The translations under genes were made by a program, and so were the position numbers. Below, in pieces: positions 40,839 to 51,269 of a stretch of DNA of 64,000 bases. The stretch's first letter is position 1; each line of letters begins with the position of its first letter. A model generated the notes under the pieces. The model saw nothing but the letters and a program-made list of their open reading frames with translations, searched no databases and was not told where the DNA came from. Source of the stretch: an uncultured virus (IMG/VR IMGVR_UViG_3300035497_000625) (lineage: Duplodnaviria; Heunggongvirae; Uroviricota; Caudoviricetes); the IMG/VR virus record IMGVR_UViG_3300035497_000625; one strand, given 5' to 3'.

Positions 40839-41311
40839 AATTGCCAATCTCCTCCCTTGCTATTAGGGGTTGCATTAGTTTGTTGTACTGGTGCGGCTTG
40901 ATTATTTTGATTTATGACCGCCTGTATACCATTTACTTGCTCTTCTAATTTTAAGAAACGATTGTTATATTGTTCAAATTGTTCATTAAAATTAATTTGT
41001 GGTGTTTCTGGAGTTTTGGTTACTTCCTTTTGATTAGTATTTTCATATGGAGTTATTTTATAAGCCCAAAACATTGGATTTCCATTTTGCATTGTTTTTA
41101 TATACATAAAACCCTCTTGCATACACAATGCTACTGAAACACCAGCGCTAGTAGGAACATTTGCAACTTCAAGCGTTGAATTTATATAATAAACGTTACC
41201 TTGTGGTTGTGGAAATAAAGGTTGAACGTTTTGTTGTTGTTGAAATTGCATTTGTTGCATATTTGGTTGGTTATAATAGTTTTGACTATTATTTGGATAA
41301 TTATATGCCAT
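40835..41311 (-). CDS. Asn/Gln/Tyr/Pro-rich hypothetical protein (cassette gene 1)
   Basis: GAGGTG RBS; MAYNYPNNSQNYYNQPNMQQ... low-complexity N-terminus. Confidence 0.75.
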   Translation of the reverse strand: MAYNYPNNSQNYYNQPNMQQMQFQQQQNVQPLFPQPQGNVYYINSTLEVANVPTSAGVSVALCMQEGFMYIKTMQNGNPMFWAYKITPYENTNQKEVTKTPETPQINFNEQFEQYNNRFLKLEEQVNGIQAVINQNNQAAPVQQTNATPNSKGGDWQL

Positions 41312-41390
41312 TTTTCTCACCTCTCTATCGTTCTATATTATAAGTAGGAACTGAGAAAAAAGTTTTGAGATTTTCCTTTTGGAAAAAAAG

Positions 41391-41595
41391 TTTGTTAATT
41401 TTATACAAAAATTAGGAATAGGGATTTTTGGATTTGTGCAAGTTGCACAAAAATTTTAATAGAGGTAATGGAGTAAAGAGAAATTTTAAAGGATGGATAT
41501 GATTGAAACATAGAAATTTTTGTGCAATTTGCACAAAAAGATTTTTAGTGAATAAAATCAAAAAGGAGTTTTTGTGCAACTTGCACAAAAACTCC
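41391..41595. repeat. Cluster of TTTGTGCAAnTTGCACAAA palindromes
   Basis: Copies at 41433-41451, 41517-41539, 41565-41595; degenerate copy at 41391-41409. Confidence 0.85.
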
Positions 41596-41602
41596 AAAAT
41601 GA

Positions 41603-41959
41603 TTATTTAATAAATGGCATTAATAGCTCTAATTCTTCAAATGTAAGATTTAATGATTCCAATTCATCAAGAGAAAAATAGATATCTGGAATTTGAATAG
41701 ATATTGAATTAAGTTGATTCAATTCTTTAGTACATTGTTCTAGATATTCATCTTTTATCTTAAATTCATTTGGATTTGAAGTTGGTTCACAATAATTCAT
41801 AAATCTTTCTTTTTGTTCATTAAAAATAGATAATTCATCTTCATAGATTTTCTTTAATTTAAGAAAATTATATTGAGTATAAATTCCAATATTTGTATTT
41901 TGTTTTATTTTATTAAAAATCGGCTGTAATTGAATTATTATATTACGATTTATTAACAT
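41603..41959 (-). CDS. Hypothetical protein following the tail genes
   Basis: AGGAGG RBS, 118 aa. Confidence 0.7.
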   Translation of the reverse strand: MLINRNIIIQLQPIFNKIKQNTNIGIYTQYNFLKLKKIYEDELSIFNEQKERFMNYCEPTSNPNEFKIKDEYLEQCTKELNQLNSISIQIPDIYFSLDELESLNLTFEELELLMPFIK

Positions 41960-41985
41960 CTAATTTCTCCTCCTAGTTACTATAT

Positions 41986-44900
41986 CTACATTTGTTGAGC
42001 AGGTTTCTCCGTCTCCTTCGATTCTTCTTCTACTTGTATAGTATGAGTATGCTTATTATATGTGGTTTTAAAACTACTTATGTCATTTAAAATAGTAGTT
42101 ATATCTTCAGAAGCTGCGCTGGCTGTTTGTTGTGCACTTGATATGTTGCTATTTATTGCTATAATTTGCTCATTTATCCAGTCAGTAATTTGGCCTTTCA
42201 TATCATAGATTGAGTCTTGAATAAAATCACCTAATTTACGGCCATTACTGTCCTGTATTGTATTAAATTCCATTTTTAATACTTTATTACTGCTATCATA
42301 TTCTAATGGAGCATCAGTAATAGTAAGTGTATTTGTCAATGTCTGTCCATTAAAATTGTCGCTATTAAATACTCCTCCTATATATAAATTACCATTTTTT
42401 AATATAGTTAAAATATTTTTTCCACCTTCAGTTGCAGAAGTTGAGAACGCTGAAAATAGCCTTTCATTTAAATCACGTGCTGTTCCACTATTTACATTCA
42501 TATTGTTTAATAATAATTGTGCACCATCTGTGTATGTTATTGTTTCTGTAACTTTTTTGTTATCTTCAGTTTTTGCGAAGCTACTATCTGTAAGATAAAA
42601 AATATATGGCTGTCCATCAATTGGTTTGTCAACTGAATTATCAGATGAAAAATAAACTGTCTGAGACGTTGCTTGTGTTATTTCAGTTTTATCCTTATCT
42701 AAAAGATAAATTGACGTAGATTTATAACTAGAATCTAAGTTTGTTACATCTTCAATTGGAGTGCCTGTTATTTTATAATACGCTGGTATAGTTGTAGCTT
42801 TAGTTGTTGTAATAAAAGTATCATCATTAATTGAAGATGGATCATTATATCGATAATAGTCGGTTGTCTTATTTGCATCTACAATGGAATAAACCCATAA
42901 TTCGATATGGTAATTTTCTTCTGTTATTGTTTCTATTGAAGAATCAGTTGTAGAATTAGTCGTAGTTTTTTCAATTTTTGTGTATTTTTGAAATAAATAA
43001 CGTTTTTTACAAATTTGCATTGTTCCATTACTACATTTAATTACTCTTTCAGATATTTTAGTTGATGACTTTGTATCTGGATTAGTAAAATTTGTATAAT
43101 AAGTACTATTATCTATTGTAATTTTAATATTTTTTCCAACTGCTTCTAGTGATGTATAAAAGCCGTTATTTGTAAAAATCCCTGAAATATTATCTTTTAA
43201 TAATTTTTGCTCATCAGAGCTTTGTGCTGCGTGATATGTCGCTTCAATTCCGTCTGAATAGTTATAAATCATTACATCTTTTGTTTCAGATAATGTTGTA
43301 TCACTAACTTGTAATTCTCCCAATAAAGAAATTTGGGCTGCACCATCTTCAGAATTTTCTGATTTAAATATTACATTGCCTTTATTATCATATAAATAAA
43401 AACCAATATTCCTTTGAGTGTTTTTTACATACAAATTGCCATCTGTATCTTGCCTTTGTTCTTGTGATGAAATATCCAATTCGCCTCTAATATCGCCATC
43501 ATTATAATCACTATTATTACTCTTTTCATAATTATATCCAGCTCTTAATTTTATTTTATGATCTTCAACAATAGATAAACCCATTTTATTAAATCTTGCA
43601 TAATCTCCAAATAAGGTTGATTCTTGACCAGTCGTTTTAGGATCTCTATAAGCTGTAATACCAGTCTTATCCCACATAAAATATAAATAATTTCCATCAA
43701 TAATAGAAATTTTACTAGCATCTAGATCTCCAACTTTAATATAACTTGCATTAATTCCATTAGGAGTAACACCAGTATCCCAAGATTGCCCACCATTTTT
43801 AGAGAAGAATAGTCCTTCTCCAGTTAATTTATATTGATAAGCATGATTATTAATATCACTACCAGATTGACCTTGTTCATCAATAGTAATATTGTCCTCA
43901 TCAGTATTAACTAAAGTAAGTGTATTATTATCAAGAGCGCCTTGCAAACTATCGCCTTGAACCTCTTGTGTTGCAGTAAAGTTACTCGCGCGCTTATAAG
44001 TATTCTCATTAAAGCTTAAAGACTGAACAGTTGCTGACACAGAACTCATTAAATCTTCAAAAGCAGTAGTATAATTCTGCACTCCTATTGAGTTTTTAGA
44101 TGGATTATCAAGATTATACGTGATTGAAGAAATTAGTACCTTAATTCTATTTGGTAATCCCGTGAAGGCATCTGCACCAAACATTTCAATATCTTCAACA
44201 TATGTTGTATCAGCTAAATTAAAGGTATATAACTCTTGATATTCTGGTAAATTATGTAAATCAATTACTGAAATTGTATATTTTACATTTGGTTTACAAC
44301 TATCTGTAAGAACCGCTTTCGCGCCCCAATAATACGTATTATCACTTAAATAATTACTATCAGACCAAGTACCTTCTTTTAAGAATGGTTCATATTTTTT
44401 ATAATATTCTGCAGTTAAACTATTGATTTGTTTTAAATAACTTGCACGAATTTTTTTCCATTCTTGAATTTGTTCATATTCACCTTGAAATTGCCCAAAA
44501 AGTCCATAATATTTATTATATAAAAACATATCTAAATAAGTTTCCTTAAAAGTTTTCCAATCAGAATTATATTGATCATCACCTGTTTTTTGCCAAATAA
44601 TTTGCTCTAAAAAGTCTTTAACATGATATCTTCTAAATTGATTAGTAATAGGATCATAATATTCCATGCTTTGCAATGTAATGACCATTTGGCTATTGTC
44701 GTTTAAAGCTATACCATCTAATTGTACAGATCCTTCAATTTCCGTTCCTGATTTTCCGAATGTTTCTCCAATTAAACCACTTAATATATTATATTGTTCT
44801 TTATATTGCTCTAAAGTATTATTAAAACTATCACTTTGGTCATTAACTCCTTTCTTAGGATTTTTATATTTATTAAGTTTAGTTTGATAATCATTTAAGA

Positions 44901-47900
44901 GTTTAATAGCTTCTTCTATTGCTGTAAAATTTGTTTCAATGTTAGCTTGTAGTTCAGTATATGATTCGTCTTGCATATTTATAATTAGATTGGAATAAGT
45001 ATCATATTGTCCATTTAAATATCCTAATTTAGGTAAAAATCCATCAGCATTAAGATATTCATTTTCTGTTGTTATGGTTTGATCAGGATTTGATCCATAC
45101 AATTCTTTTTCTGTAACGTCTTTATTCATTAACCCTTTTTCTATATAATACGAATAATCAATTAAAAAAGAATCTTTAGATGGATTGTCTTCTGCTAATT
45201 TAATGGTACATAAACCAGTATCAGATAAACTTGAATCTACATCTGAAACATACATTTTAGTTGTAATAGAACTTGAATCAATAGTACGAGTGATATTACT
45301 TAAGTTTTTCTCATATCTAAATCCAATTTTATTTTCCATACCTTTTTCAGTTATGAAAAATACTTTTTTAATCATTTTACCGTTTTCATCCATTTCTACT
45401 TTACCATTGTTTTTATGTTTAATATAAAACATTGGATAAATTTCAAAAACTTTAGATAGTTCTTGAATTAAATTAAAACGATTTGATTTTTCTCCTGTTA
45501 AAGTCCTTATGCGGCGAGGATGTTTTTCAGTTTGGAATCTATATGGACAATAACCATATTTTTGAAATAAACATTCTCTATTAGGAACATTATCTGTACC
45601 ACTTTCTGAATAACAACAGTCCATCCATCCGCTAGTATAATATTTACATTTACCTAAATCAAAATAATTGGTAATAACTTTATAGTCATCATCTGTATAT
45701 ATACTAGAATCCAATCCATGATATTCTGTAGTAGTATCCTCAGTAACAAATGAAGTAAGTTTAAATGTATCTTTATAAGTTAATGTTTTTGTATCTTTAT
45801 CAGTGTATTCTAATGCCTGCAAATAATATCGTTCATATTCAAATACATCACCAAGAGTAACATCAGTTTCAAGCAATAAATCTCTTTTATTAACAATTTT
45901 TACCCAATTAACATTTGAAAAATAACCTGTATAATCAAGATCTTTACTTTTATCATAATTAAAATCTCTTCCACTATATTTATAAATAAAATCGGAATCT
46001 TCTAGATCTTCTTCTCTTGACTCTTTACTATCTACTCCTCTCGTATAAGCTTCAAAAAATTCCATATCTGTAATTTTATATGTAACTGTTTCTTGGCATT
46101 GAGGGAAAGTAATTTGAATATATGGAGTATCATAACTATTTGTTGGAGAAATTAATAAATAATAATTATCATCTTTAATCATTTGAGTATAATCGTAGTA
46201 AGAAAAACTAATAACTTGACTTTGTTCTGTTGTTGGTATAAGTTTATTTTCACTATCTTTAGAATAAAAAATATCTCCAGTTAAACTATAATAACCATTA
46301 GGATTAATTGCACCATTGCCGATCTTTATAATAATTTGCTGAGTAAGAGCAATATCAGTTTGTTCTTCACTTGTGTTAATATCAGCTTCTTCAGTTGTAT
46401 CTGTTTCTTCAGTTGTATCAGAAGAAGAGTCTGATTCAAGAGATGGAGTAAAATCAATTAGTCCTTGAGAAAGAATATTAATAGCTTCTCTTAAATATTG
46501 TCTTTCTTCACTTGTTGCTTTTGTATTGTATAAATTTTGTAAAATATTAATTTGTTTTACAATACTGTCTTTTGCATTACCATATGAGTCTTGATTTAAA
46601 CTATTATTACTGTTTAAATCCTGCATAAGTGTTGCAGCATCATTTATCGCTTGATAGATTTCGTCACTTATAGCTTGATTGATTTCATCATTAGCATTTA
46701 ATTCATCTATCTCTTTTAGCAAATTAGCTAATCGTTTAATTTTACTATTTTCATCAGTGCCATTAATAAGCTGATCGTATTTTTTAATAATAGAAGAAGT
46801 GGCTTTACCTAATAACATAACAGTAGTTTGACTACTAGCAGCTAAAGCCATTGTTGCATTACTTGTATCGTCCTTATCTTCAATTGTCGATGAGTTTTTT
46901 GAAAACTCAAGAGCTATTTTAAATGCGTAGAATTTATTTGCTTCAATTGTCATTTCCTGTCCAACTAATCCAAAATTTAACACTGAACGCTCAGCTACAG
47001 AACAATAATTTACATCCTCATTATCTTCCGCGCCTGGGATAGTTACTAATAAACCACTAATACCAGTTGATGTTGATGATTCTATATCAGCTAATTCAGT
47101 TGTAGTATATTGTACTATTTGAACATAATAGTCTGATGTGCCACCACCAACTTGCAAGCCTTCACTTTCTGCTTTGCTTTTTGCATCTGCCCAAGTATCA
47201 AACAAATTTGAAGTGGGAATAGTCGGGAATGATGTCATAGATTGATCATAATATTCATAGGATGCTTCTTTATAATTATAACGAGATATATACCACTTTC
47301 CAGAAGATCCACTCTCAGAAATAGTAGTAATAATTTGATCCTCATTTCCCGTCCCCGCGGACAAAGAAGGTGAAGTTTTCAATGGATTTGCATCAACTTT
47401 AGCAAATTCCCATCCATCTGATTCCGTTATATTTGTACCATTTTGAACATAATTTCTAGCTAATTGAGGAACAATAGAACGTGATGTGGAATAAGAACAT
47501 AACCAAAAATTCTTAAATGTATCATCACTTTGATGCTCTAAAAAAGTTTCATCTGTCCATAATTCAATAAAACTATTATTATCACCCTTTGCTGGATTAT
47601 TATACACAGTAACATATCTATCAATATCTTCACTAATATTAATTTCCGTTCTATCAGTAATAGAAACTTTTTTTCCTAAATTAACAGTTGTAACTCCCCA
47701 ATTATCTAAATATCCTTCTGAATAAACAGTTGGCCAGTATTTACCATCTTGATCTTCTACTAATGTAACATTTTTATCTTCTTTTAAGAATTTTTCCCAT
47801 GCTTGAATTGTTGTAACATAATGGAAATTTGTATTTGTTAACAAACCATCTTCATCAATAGATACCTCAGCATCATCTGGAATAATTAACATTTGGATTA

Positions 47901-48879
47901 ATTGTGCTGGATCATCTGTATAAGCACTTAAAGCTAGTTTATCAGTTCTATTTGGATATAACTGTGCTGTAGCAGTTGCTTTATACTTTGTATCAGTAGT
48001 TGTATCCGTAACATTATAAACATATTGCAATTGACTATATGGGAAATATATATATTTAACATCAGTACCAATAGTAGTAGGTGATTGTAATAAATCAAAA
48101 CCTCTACTATAAACTGTAGTAGGAGCATTATTATCAGGTTTTTTCTTATTATTCCAAAAATACCTTAATTCTCTTGCTTTATCATCGCTCATATTAATAA
48201 TACGAGTCTCACCAGTATACACATTAGTAAGCGTATAATCACTTGAATCTGTAAAATCGTTTGTAAGTGTTTTTTCAGGAATATCAAGAGCAATCTTATA
48301 TACCGCTAATCCATCAAGTAAACTTGCGTCAATTTTATACAACTTTTCTTCAGTATATTCTGTAAAATCTCCCCAGTTTTTACTTGCGTCATAATCCCAA
48401 ATTGTATTATCATTTAAAATTGTATCACTAAATACACCCAGCTCTTCAACATTATTATATAAATCAGTATCAAAAGTAATACCATAACCATTTCTTGATA
48501 ATTCTTCAATAAACGCATCATTACAAGTATAGCTATACATAATACTCTTAAATTGCTTTTTCTCGTCAATTTTCTTTACATAAAATTCATACCATTCATC
48601 TTCAAATAATAATTTAACCTTTTTTTCATTACACAAATATTCTGCTAATTCATTACGAACATAGTCACCAGATTCTGGATCAAAATATTTTGATGGCATT
48701 TGAAAAGTTAAAGTATTTTGTCCTTTTAATTCTCTTTTTAACTGAACACTTGTCGCGCGACCAAGAGCAGTCATATCATCTGCTCCTATAATCGCTTGTT
48801 TCTTTTCACTTTTTGTGCCATCTGAATTAAGAACTTCTTCCCAAACACTAAGTTCATAAGTAGGTTTAATAATTGACAT
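41986..48879 (-). CDS. Large tail/baseplate minor structural protein (Tal-like, 2297 aa)
   Basis: Follows TMP and Dit; N-terminal NTLTF...NEKKVKL, EKNLSNITRTIDS...TKMYV, W.TGVTPNGINA..IKVG.LDASKI. Confidence 0.75.
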   Translation of the reverse strand: MSIIKPTYELSVWEEVLNSDGTKSEKKQAIIGADDMTALGRATSVQLKRELKGQNTLTFQMPSKYFDPESGDYVRNELAEYLCNEKKVKLLFEDEWYEFYVKKIDEKKQFKSIMYSYTCNDAFIEELSRNGYGITFDTDLYNNVEELGVFSDTILNDNTIWDYDASKNWGDFTEYTEEKLYKIDASLLDGLAVYKIALDIPEKTLTNDFTDSSDYTLTNVYTGETRIINMSDDKARELRYFWNNKKKPDNNAPTTVYSRGFDLLQSPTTIGTDVKYIYFPYSQLQYVYNVTDTTTDTKYKATATAQLYPNRTDKLALSAYTDDPAQLIQMLIIPDDAEVSIDEDGLLTNTNFHYVTTIQAWEKFLKEDKNVTLVEDQDGKYWPTVYSEGYLDNWGVTTVNLGKKVSITDRTEINISEDIDRYVTVYNNPAKGDNNSFIELWTDETFLEHQSDDTFKNFWLCSYSTSRSIVPQLARNYVQNGTNITESDGWEFAKVDANPLKTSPSLSAGTGNEDQIITTISESGSSGKWYISRYNYKEASYEYYDQSMTSFPTIPTSNLFDTWADAKSKAESEGLQVGGGTSDYYVQIVQYTTTELADIESSTSTGISGLLVTIPGAEDNEDVNYCSVAERSVLNFGLVGQEMTIEANKFYAFKIALEFSKNSSTIEDKDDTSNATMALAASSQTTVMLLGKATSSIIKKYDQLINGTDENSKIKRLANLLKEIDELNANDEINQAISDEIYQAINDAATLMQDLNSNNSLNQDSYGNAKDSIVKQINILQNLYNTKATSEERQYLREAINILSQGLIDFTPSLESDSSSDTTEETDTTEEADINTSEEQTDIALTQQIIIKIGNGAINPNGYYSLTGDIFYSKDSENKLIPTTEQSQVISFSYYDYTQMIKDDNYYLLISPTNSYDTPYIQITFPQCQETVTYKITDMEFFEAYTRGVDSKESREEDLEDSDFIYKYSGRDFNYDKSKDLDYTGYFSNVNWVKIVNKRDLLLETDVTLGDVFEYERYYLQALEYTDKDTKTLTYKDTFKLTSFVTEDTTTEYHGLDSSIYTDDDYKVITNYFDLGKCKYYTSGWMDCCYSESGTDNVPNRECLFQKYGYCPYRFQTEKHPRRIRTLTGEKSNRFNLIQELSKVFEIYPMFYIKHKNNGKVEMDENGKMIKKVFFITEKGMENKIGFRYEKNLSNITRTIDSSSITTKMYVSDVDSSLSDTGLCTIKLAEDNPSKDSFLIDYSYYIEKGLMNKDVTEKELYGSNPDQTITTENEYLNADGFLPKLGYLNGQYDTYSNLIINMQDESYTELQANIETNFTAIEEAIKLLNDYQTKLNKYKNPKKGVNDQSDSFNNTLEQYKEQYNILSGLIGETFGKSGTEIEGSVQLDGIALNDNSQMVITLQSMEYYDPITNQFRRYHVKDFLEQIIWQKTGDDQYNSDWKTFKETYLDMFLYNKYYGLFGQFQGEYEQIQEWKKIRASYLKQINSLTAEYYKKYEPFLKEGTWSDSNYLSDNTYYWGAKAVLTDSCKPNVKYTISVIDLHNLPEYQELYTFNLADTTYVEDIEMFGADAFTGLPNRIKVLISSITYNLDNPSKNSIGVQNYTTAFEDLMSSVSATVQSLSFNENTYKRASNFTATQEVQGDSLQGALDNNTLTLVNTDEDNITIDEQGQSGSDINNHAYQYKLTGEGLFFSKNGGQSWDTGVTPNGINASYIKVGDLDASKISIIDGNYLYFMWDKTGITAYRDPKTTGQESTLFGDYARFNKMGLSIVEDHKIKLRAGYNYEKSNNSDYNDGDIRGELDISSQEQRQDTDGNLYVKNTQRNIGFYLYDNKGNVIFKSENSEDGAAQISLLGELQVSDTTLSETKDVMIYNYSDGIEATYHAAQSSDEQKLLKDNISGIFTNNGFYTSLEAVGKNIKITIDNSTYYTNFTNPDTKSSTKISERVIKCSNGTMQICKKRYLFQKYTKIEKTTTNSTTDSSIETITEENYHIELWVYSIVDANKTTDYYRYNDPSSINDDTFITTTKATTIPAYYKITGTPIEDVTNLDSSYKSTSIYLLDKDKTEITQATSQTVYFSSDNSVDKPIDGQPYIFYLTDSSFAKTEDNKKVTETITYTDGAQLLLNNMNVNSGTARDLNERLFSAFSTSATEGGKNILTILKNGNLYIGGVFNSDNFNGQTLTNTLTITDAPLEYDSSNKVLKMEFNTIQDSNGRKLGDFIQDSIYDMKGQITDWINEQIIAINSNISSAQQTASAASEDITTILNDISSFKTTYNKHTHTIQVEEESKETEKPAQQM

Positions 48880-48890
48880 TTTATCACCTC

Positions 48891-51206
48891 TTAATAATAT
48901 AATGGTGTATATTTAATTGTTGCGCCGTCTAAAAATTGATTATATCCCCAATATGTAGGTGGGAATAATTCCCAAATATAGTTTTCTGCATATTGAAACC
49001 ATTCACTGATTGTACCAGAAAGTTTATTGTCACCTTTTCCTGTTGATTGACCAGTTAACATTGACCAATAGGATTGAATCGTTTTTAGGAATTGAACTTC
49101 TAAACTATGGAGCTTTTGTGTATATAATGATTCTACAAAATTTTTATTATCTTCATTCTTTTCATTATATTCCTCCCATCCAGCTAACCAGTGACGAATT
49201 AATTCTTGATTAGAATAATCATTAGATGTTAATCCTAAATTCCATTTTGCATAAGTAAGAAAATTATCTTTTGCTAAATCATATACGCAATTATAGTACG
49301 CGCGCATAAGATCTGCATCATATTCTGTACTATTGTTATTATAACCCCAATAATACTCTCGTGCAGCTTTCCATGTTTTATCATCTGTAATATCTTGATC
49401 TAATACTGGAATAATTTCAATTACGCTCCAGCCAGGAGGTAGTTGAAACCAGTGACCTTTAGTTATATAATCATTGAGAATGTTTTTAGATTTTGTACCA
49501 TAATAAGTATTGGTATTATCTTCTATTATATTATACAACATTCTGTTTTCCGTGTCAAGTATTAGTTGCTCTGGTAGGTCTGAAGCATTTCCTCCTTCAT
49601 CTATTGACAAATCGGTTATATCAATTTCAAGATAATCTCCAGTGTAGTATTGAGGAAGATTATTATAATTAAAAATAAATTGACCATATGCAGCATCCTC
49701 TGAATCAACTAAATATTCTGGTGGATCAAATAGATAATCATTAATGAAACTATCAATAGTATAGTTAGTGTACATTGATTGTTGAGTGCTACTCTTAAAA
49801 AAGCTAGTATTGCCATAGAATTTAAGTACGGTATTAATTAAAGTTTCCCAATATAACTGAAATTTTTCTTGTTCTGTTATACACAAATCATACAATTCTT
49901 CATATCGATCCGCCGCGGCTGATAATTCATTTAATTGATTAGTAAAACCTGTATTAGATTTTGCGGTTTGATAACAAAAAGTTCTAATATAATCTCCTAA
50001 TTTTTCTCTTGGAATTGGTTCAATCATATAACAATGTTTAGGATGACAAGGTCCTAAATCATCAAAAGATTCATGTCCAGATAACATTTCCGCAACTGTA
50101 TCTTGTAAATCATCAACAGACAAAGATTTAATTTCATTATTACTAACCAATCTGTCAATACTGCTTCCATCTATATCTCCAACACGTTTAAAATACTTAT
50201 TATCATATTTATAAGTCACATTATCATTTAAATCTTGAGTTGTCAATCCACACCAATTAACTGCATCTGCTAGACCTAAACGCTGAACATTTAAACGCCT
50301 AATTCTAAAACGTTTATGCCCATTTGCATCTTTATGTTTTTGAAAAAATGTAGATAGGCCAGGATTGTTGAAATTTAATTCAAAATCAATAGGTAAATCA
50401 CCAGGATTATATACAAAAAGGCGATTGGTTAATAAATTTGTGTCTATTGTTTTATCAAAGCCTTTATCTAAATTTAAATATCCAACCTTTGAACATTGAG
50501 GAGCATACATTAATTCCTGATCATAATCAAGAGTAGGAGTAGTTAATAATCTACTGCTGTGCGCCCATTCTGGTATGTTATCCCAATAACGTCTTACGTC
50601 AATAATTGATCTAGTACCAGAAGGAGTATTGAAATAGAGTTCTCCTTTTTTCACTTGATCATATGTTGGATAGCCGCCGTACCATGGTTGAATATTAATT
50701 TCAGTATTGTACCATTCTTTAATTGCTTTTTCTGGCGGAGTATGAATGTAATAATCTGCTGATCTTACTATGTATTTATTAAAACAATAAGCAAATGGAG
50801 AATAGCAAATCATATTGAGTGTGCCAGTACCTTTATAGACTCTTTCTCCATCTTGATTTAAAAAGCAAACATATTTAAAAGTTGGTTTAGATTTAATTTT
50901 TGCTTTATAAGTTTTATAAGGACGTTCATCAAAAACTAAATCTTGTGGTTTATCATTTCCAAAAATTTGAGAGATTAATCGTAAATTATCTTCGGTAATA
51001 CTATCAAACGCAAGATTTAAAGTAAATTCTCTTGTACTAAAAATAGAGCCAAAATAATACTTACCATTACTGCCGCTAATATCAGTTGTTGTATCAGTAT
51101 TTGATGGTAATAAATCTTGAGAATAGAAATTGCTTGAGCTTGTTACGATTAAGTTTAAATCTTTTGAATGGTAGTTTCCAAAACGAAAATGAATGAAATC
51201 TGCCAT
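48891..51206 (-). CDS. Distal tail (Dit-like) protein with large insertions
   Basis: F.FG..HS.DL.L, G.YYFG...REFTL, LVFDE.PYK.Y, PFAY, YNPGD, I.Y.PLYY C-terminus. Confidence 0.75.
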   Translation of the reverse strand: MADFIHFRFGNYHSKDLNLIVTSSSNFYSQDLLPSNTDTTTDISGSNGKYYFGSIFSTREFTLNLAFDSITEDNLRLISQIFGNDKPQDLVFDERPYKTYKAKIKSKPTFKYVCFLNQDGERVYKGTGTLNMICYSPFAYCFNKYIVRSADYYIHTPPEKAIKEWYNTEINIQPWYGGYPTYDQVKKGELYFNTPSGTRSIIDVRRYWDNIPEWAHSSRLLTTPTLDYDQELMYAPQCSKVGYLNLDKGFDKTIDTNLLTNRLFVYNPGDLPIDFELNFNNPGLSTFFQKHKDANGHKRFRIRRLNVQRLGLADAVNWCGLTTQDLNDNVTYKYDNKYFKRVGDIDGSSIDRLVSNNEIKSLSVDDLQDTVAEMLSGHESFDDLGPCHPKHCYMIEPIPREKLGDYIRTFCYQTAKSNTGFTNQLNELSAAADRYEELYDLCITEQEKFQLYWETLINTVLKFYGNTSFFKSSTQQSMYTNYTIDSFINDYLFDPPEYLVDSEDAAYGQFIFNYNNLPQYYTGDYLEIDITDLSIDEGGNASDLPEQLILDTENRMLYNIIEDNTNTYYGTKSKNILNDYITKGHWFQLPPGWSVIEIIPVLDQDITDDKTWKAAREYYWGYNNNSTEYDADLMRAYYNCVYDLAKDNFLTYAKWNLGLTSNDYSNQELIRHWLAGWEEYNEKNEDNKNFVESLYTQKLHSLEVQFLKTIQSYWSMLTGQSTGKGDNKLSGTISEWFQYAENYIWELFPPTYWGYNQFLDGATIKYTPLYY

Positions 51207-51220
51207 TTATTTCCACCTCC

Positions 51221-51256
51221 AAAAATGAGCGAAGATTTTAGATAAATCTTCACTCA
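51221..51256 (-). terminator. Terminator-like hairpin after the tape measure gene
   Basis: TGAGTGAAGATTT / AAATCTTCGCTCA followed by TTTTT on the minus strand. Confidence 0.6.
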
Positions 51257-51269
51257 GTTAAGTTATATT

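Noticed and set aside
41391..41595. CRISPR array
   Set aside because: Only 3-4 short palindromes, irregular spacing, no cas genes
41986..48879. Diversity-generating retroelement or retron linked to the tail genes or the ncRNA
   Set aside because: No reverse transcriptase and no template/variable repeat pair seen in the window
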